This document shows positions 62,085-64,000 of a DNA stretch of 64,000 nucleotides, piece by piece. The position numbers and the translations under genes were made by a program. Each line of letters opens with the position of its first letter. Within the stretch, counting starts at the first letter, position 1. The DNA is from Macrostomum lignano (taxonomy: Eukaryota), in NCBI GenBank assembly GCA_002269645.1, contig NIVC01000055.1, positions 183,765 through 247,764 of the forward strand. The letters are read 5' to 3'. The notes under the pieces are model-generated. The model was not told where the DNA came from, did no database searches, and saw only the letters and a program-made list of their open reading frames with translations.

Positions 62085-64000
62085 CTCAAGTGTCTTCTGA
62101 CACCTCTCCTGATACCCAAGTGTCTTCTGACACCTCTCCTGATACCCAAGTGTCTTCTGACACCTCTCCTGATACCCAAGTGTCTTCTGACACCTCTCCT
62201 GATACCCAAGTGTCTTCTGACACCTCTCGTGATATCCAAGTGTCTTCTGACACCTCTCCTGATACCCAAGTGTCTTCTGACACCTCTCCTGATACCCAAG
62301 TGTCTTCTGACACCTCTCGTGATATCCAAGTGTCTTCTGACACCTCTCCTGATACCCAAGTGTCTTCTGACACCTCTCGTGATATCCAAGTGTCTTTTGA
62401 CACTTCTCTTGACATTTAAGTGTCTTCTGACACTTCTGATATCCAAGTGTCTTCTGACACTTCTCTGACATTTAAGTGTCTTCTGACACTTCTGATCCAA
62501 GTGTCTTCTGACACTCTCTCGTGATATCCAATGTGTCTTCTGACACCTCTCCTGATACCCAAGTGTCTTCTGACACCTCTCTGATACCCAAGTGTCTTCT
62601 GACACCTCTCCTGATACCCAAGTGTCTTCTGACACCTCTCCTGATACCCAAGTGTCTTCTGACACCTCTCGTGATATCCAAGTGTCTTTGACACTTCTCT
62701 GATTTAAGTGTCTTCTGACACTTCTGATATCCAAGTGTCTTTCTGACACTTCTCTTGACATTTAAGTGTCTCTGACACTTCTGATATCCAAGTGTCTTCT
62801 GACACTTCTCTTGACATTATCCAAGTGTCTTCTGACACCTCTCCTGATATCCAAGTGTCTTCTGACACCTCTCGTGATATCCAAGTGTCTTCTGACACCT
62901 CTCCTGATACCCAAGTGTCTTCTGACACCTCTCCTGATATCCAAGTGTCTTCTGACACCTCTCCTGATATCCAAGTGTCTTCTGACACCTCTCCTGATAC
63001 CCAAGTGTCTTCTGACACCTCTCGTGATATCCAAGTGTCTTTGACACTCTCTGATACAAGTGTCTTCTGACACTCTCTGATATCCAAGTGTCTTTGACAC
63101 TTCTCTTGACATTTAAGTGTCTTTTGACACTTCTCTGACATTTAAGTGTCTTCTGACACTTCTGATATCCAAGTGTCTTCTGACACTTCTCTGTGACATT
63201 TAAGTGTCTTCTGACACCTTCTGATACCAAGTGTCTTCTGACACCTCTCCTGATACCCAAGTGTCTTCTGACACCTCTCGTGATATCCAAGTGTCTTCTG
63301 ACACCTCTCCTGATACCCAAGTGTCTTCTGACACCTCTCGTGATATCCAAGTGTCTTCTGACACCTCTCCTGATACCCAAGTGTCTTCTGACACCTCTCG
63401 TGATATCCAAGTGTCTTCTGACACTTCTCTTGACATTTAAGTGTCTTCTGACACTTCTGATATCCAAGTGTCTTCTGACACTTCTCCTGATATCCAAATG
63501 TCTTCTGACACCTCTCCTGACATCCAAATATCTTCTGACACTTCTCCTGACATCAAGTGTCTTCTGACACTTCTGCTGACATTCAAGTGTCTTCTGACAC
63601 CTCTCCTGACATCCAAGTGTCTTCTGACACTCTCCTGACATCCAAATATCTTCTGACACTTCTCCTGACATCCAAATGTCTTCTGACACTTCTCCTGACA
63701 TCCAAATGTCTTCTGACACCTTCCTGAATCTAAGTGTCTTCTGACACTTCTCCTGACATCCAAGTATCTTCTGACACTCTCCTGACATCCAAATGTCTTC
63801 TGACACTTCTCCTGACATCCAAGTGTCTTCTGACACCTCTCCTGACATCCAAGTGTCTTCTGACACTTCTCCTGACATCCAATGTCTTCTGACACTTCCT
63901 GATATCAAGTGTCTTCTGACACTTCTCCTGACACCAAGTGTCTTCTGACACTTCTTCTGACACCAAGTGTCTTCTGACACTTCTTCTGACACCCAAGTGT
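62085..64000. repeat. Minisatellite, 30-bp unit (CAAGTGTCTTCTGACACCTCTCCTGATACC), running off the window end
   Basis: More than 60 copies, with many 1-bp indels and shorter variants; source of all ORFs from 61998 to 63996. Confidence 0.97.

Noticed and set aside
60626-62085. Next PIP4K2 exon, including ORF 61880
   Set aside because: No NVF/YDLKGS-like sequence in any spliceable frame; the gene probably continues beyond the window.
61998-63996. Many VSEDTW / CQKTLG ORFs up to 391 aa
   Set aside because: Artefacts of the 30-bp satellite.

Overview
Animal genomic DNA: GC-rich exons with GT-AG introns, poly-Q/poly-A protein tracts, and about 25 different locus-specific minisatellites. This style suggests the flatworm Macrostomum lignano (inference; no search run). 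There are no prokaryotic features and no CRISPR. Eight protein-coding loci were hand-spliced with consistent intron phases: the 3' end of HGS/Hrs (+); an orphan 266-aa protein built from two copies of one domain (+); a low-complexity protein with a C-terminal membrane anchor (-, 5' end unresolved); TENT5/FAM46 (-); a 7-finger C2H2 protein (+); a BCH/CRAL-TRIO protein with a predicted N-myristoyl site and AKAP-like helices (+); a 12-exon SLC18/VMAT-like transporter with a rewired substrate/proton site (-); and the 5' half of a PIP4K2-like gene lacking its catalytic lysine (+). Mobile DNA comprises a Crypton-like cluster (12.5-14.6 kb), two tRNA-derived SINE copies and a hAT-type MITE with an 8-bp TSD. 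Most long ORFs in the supplied track are artefacts of tandem repeats or antisense shadows. Best leads: the PIP4K pseudokinase, the atypical vesicular amine transporter and the myristoyl-AKAP-BCH protein.
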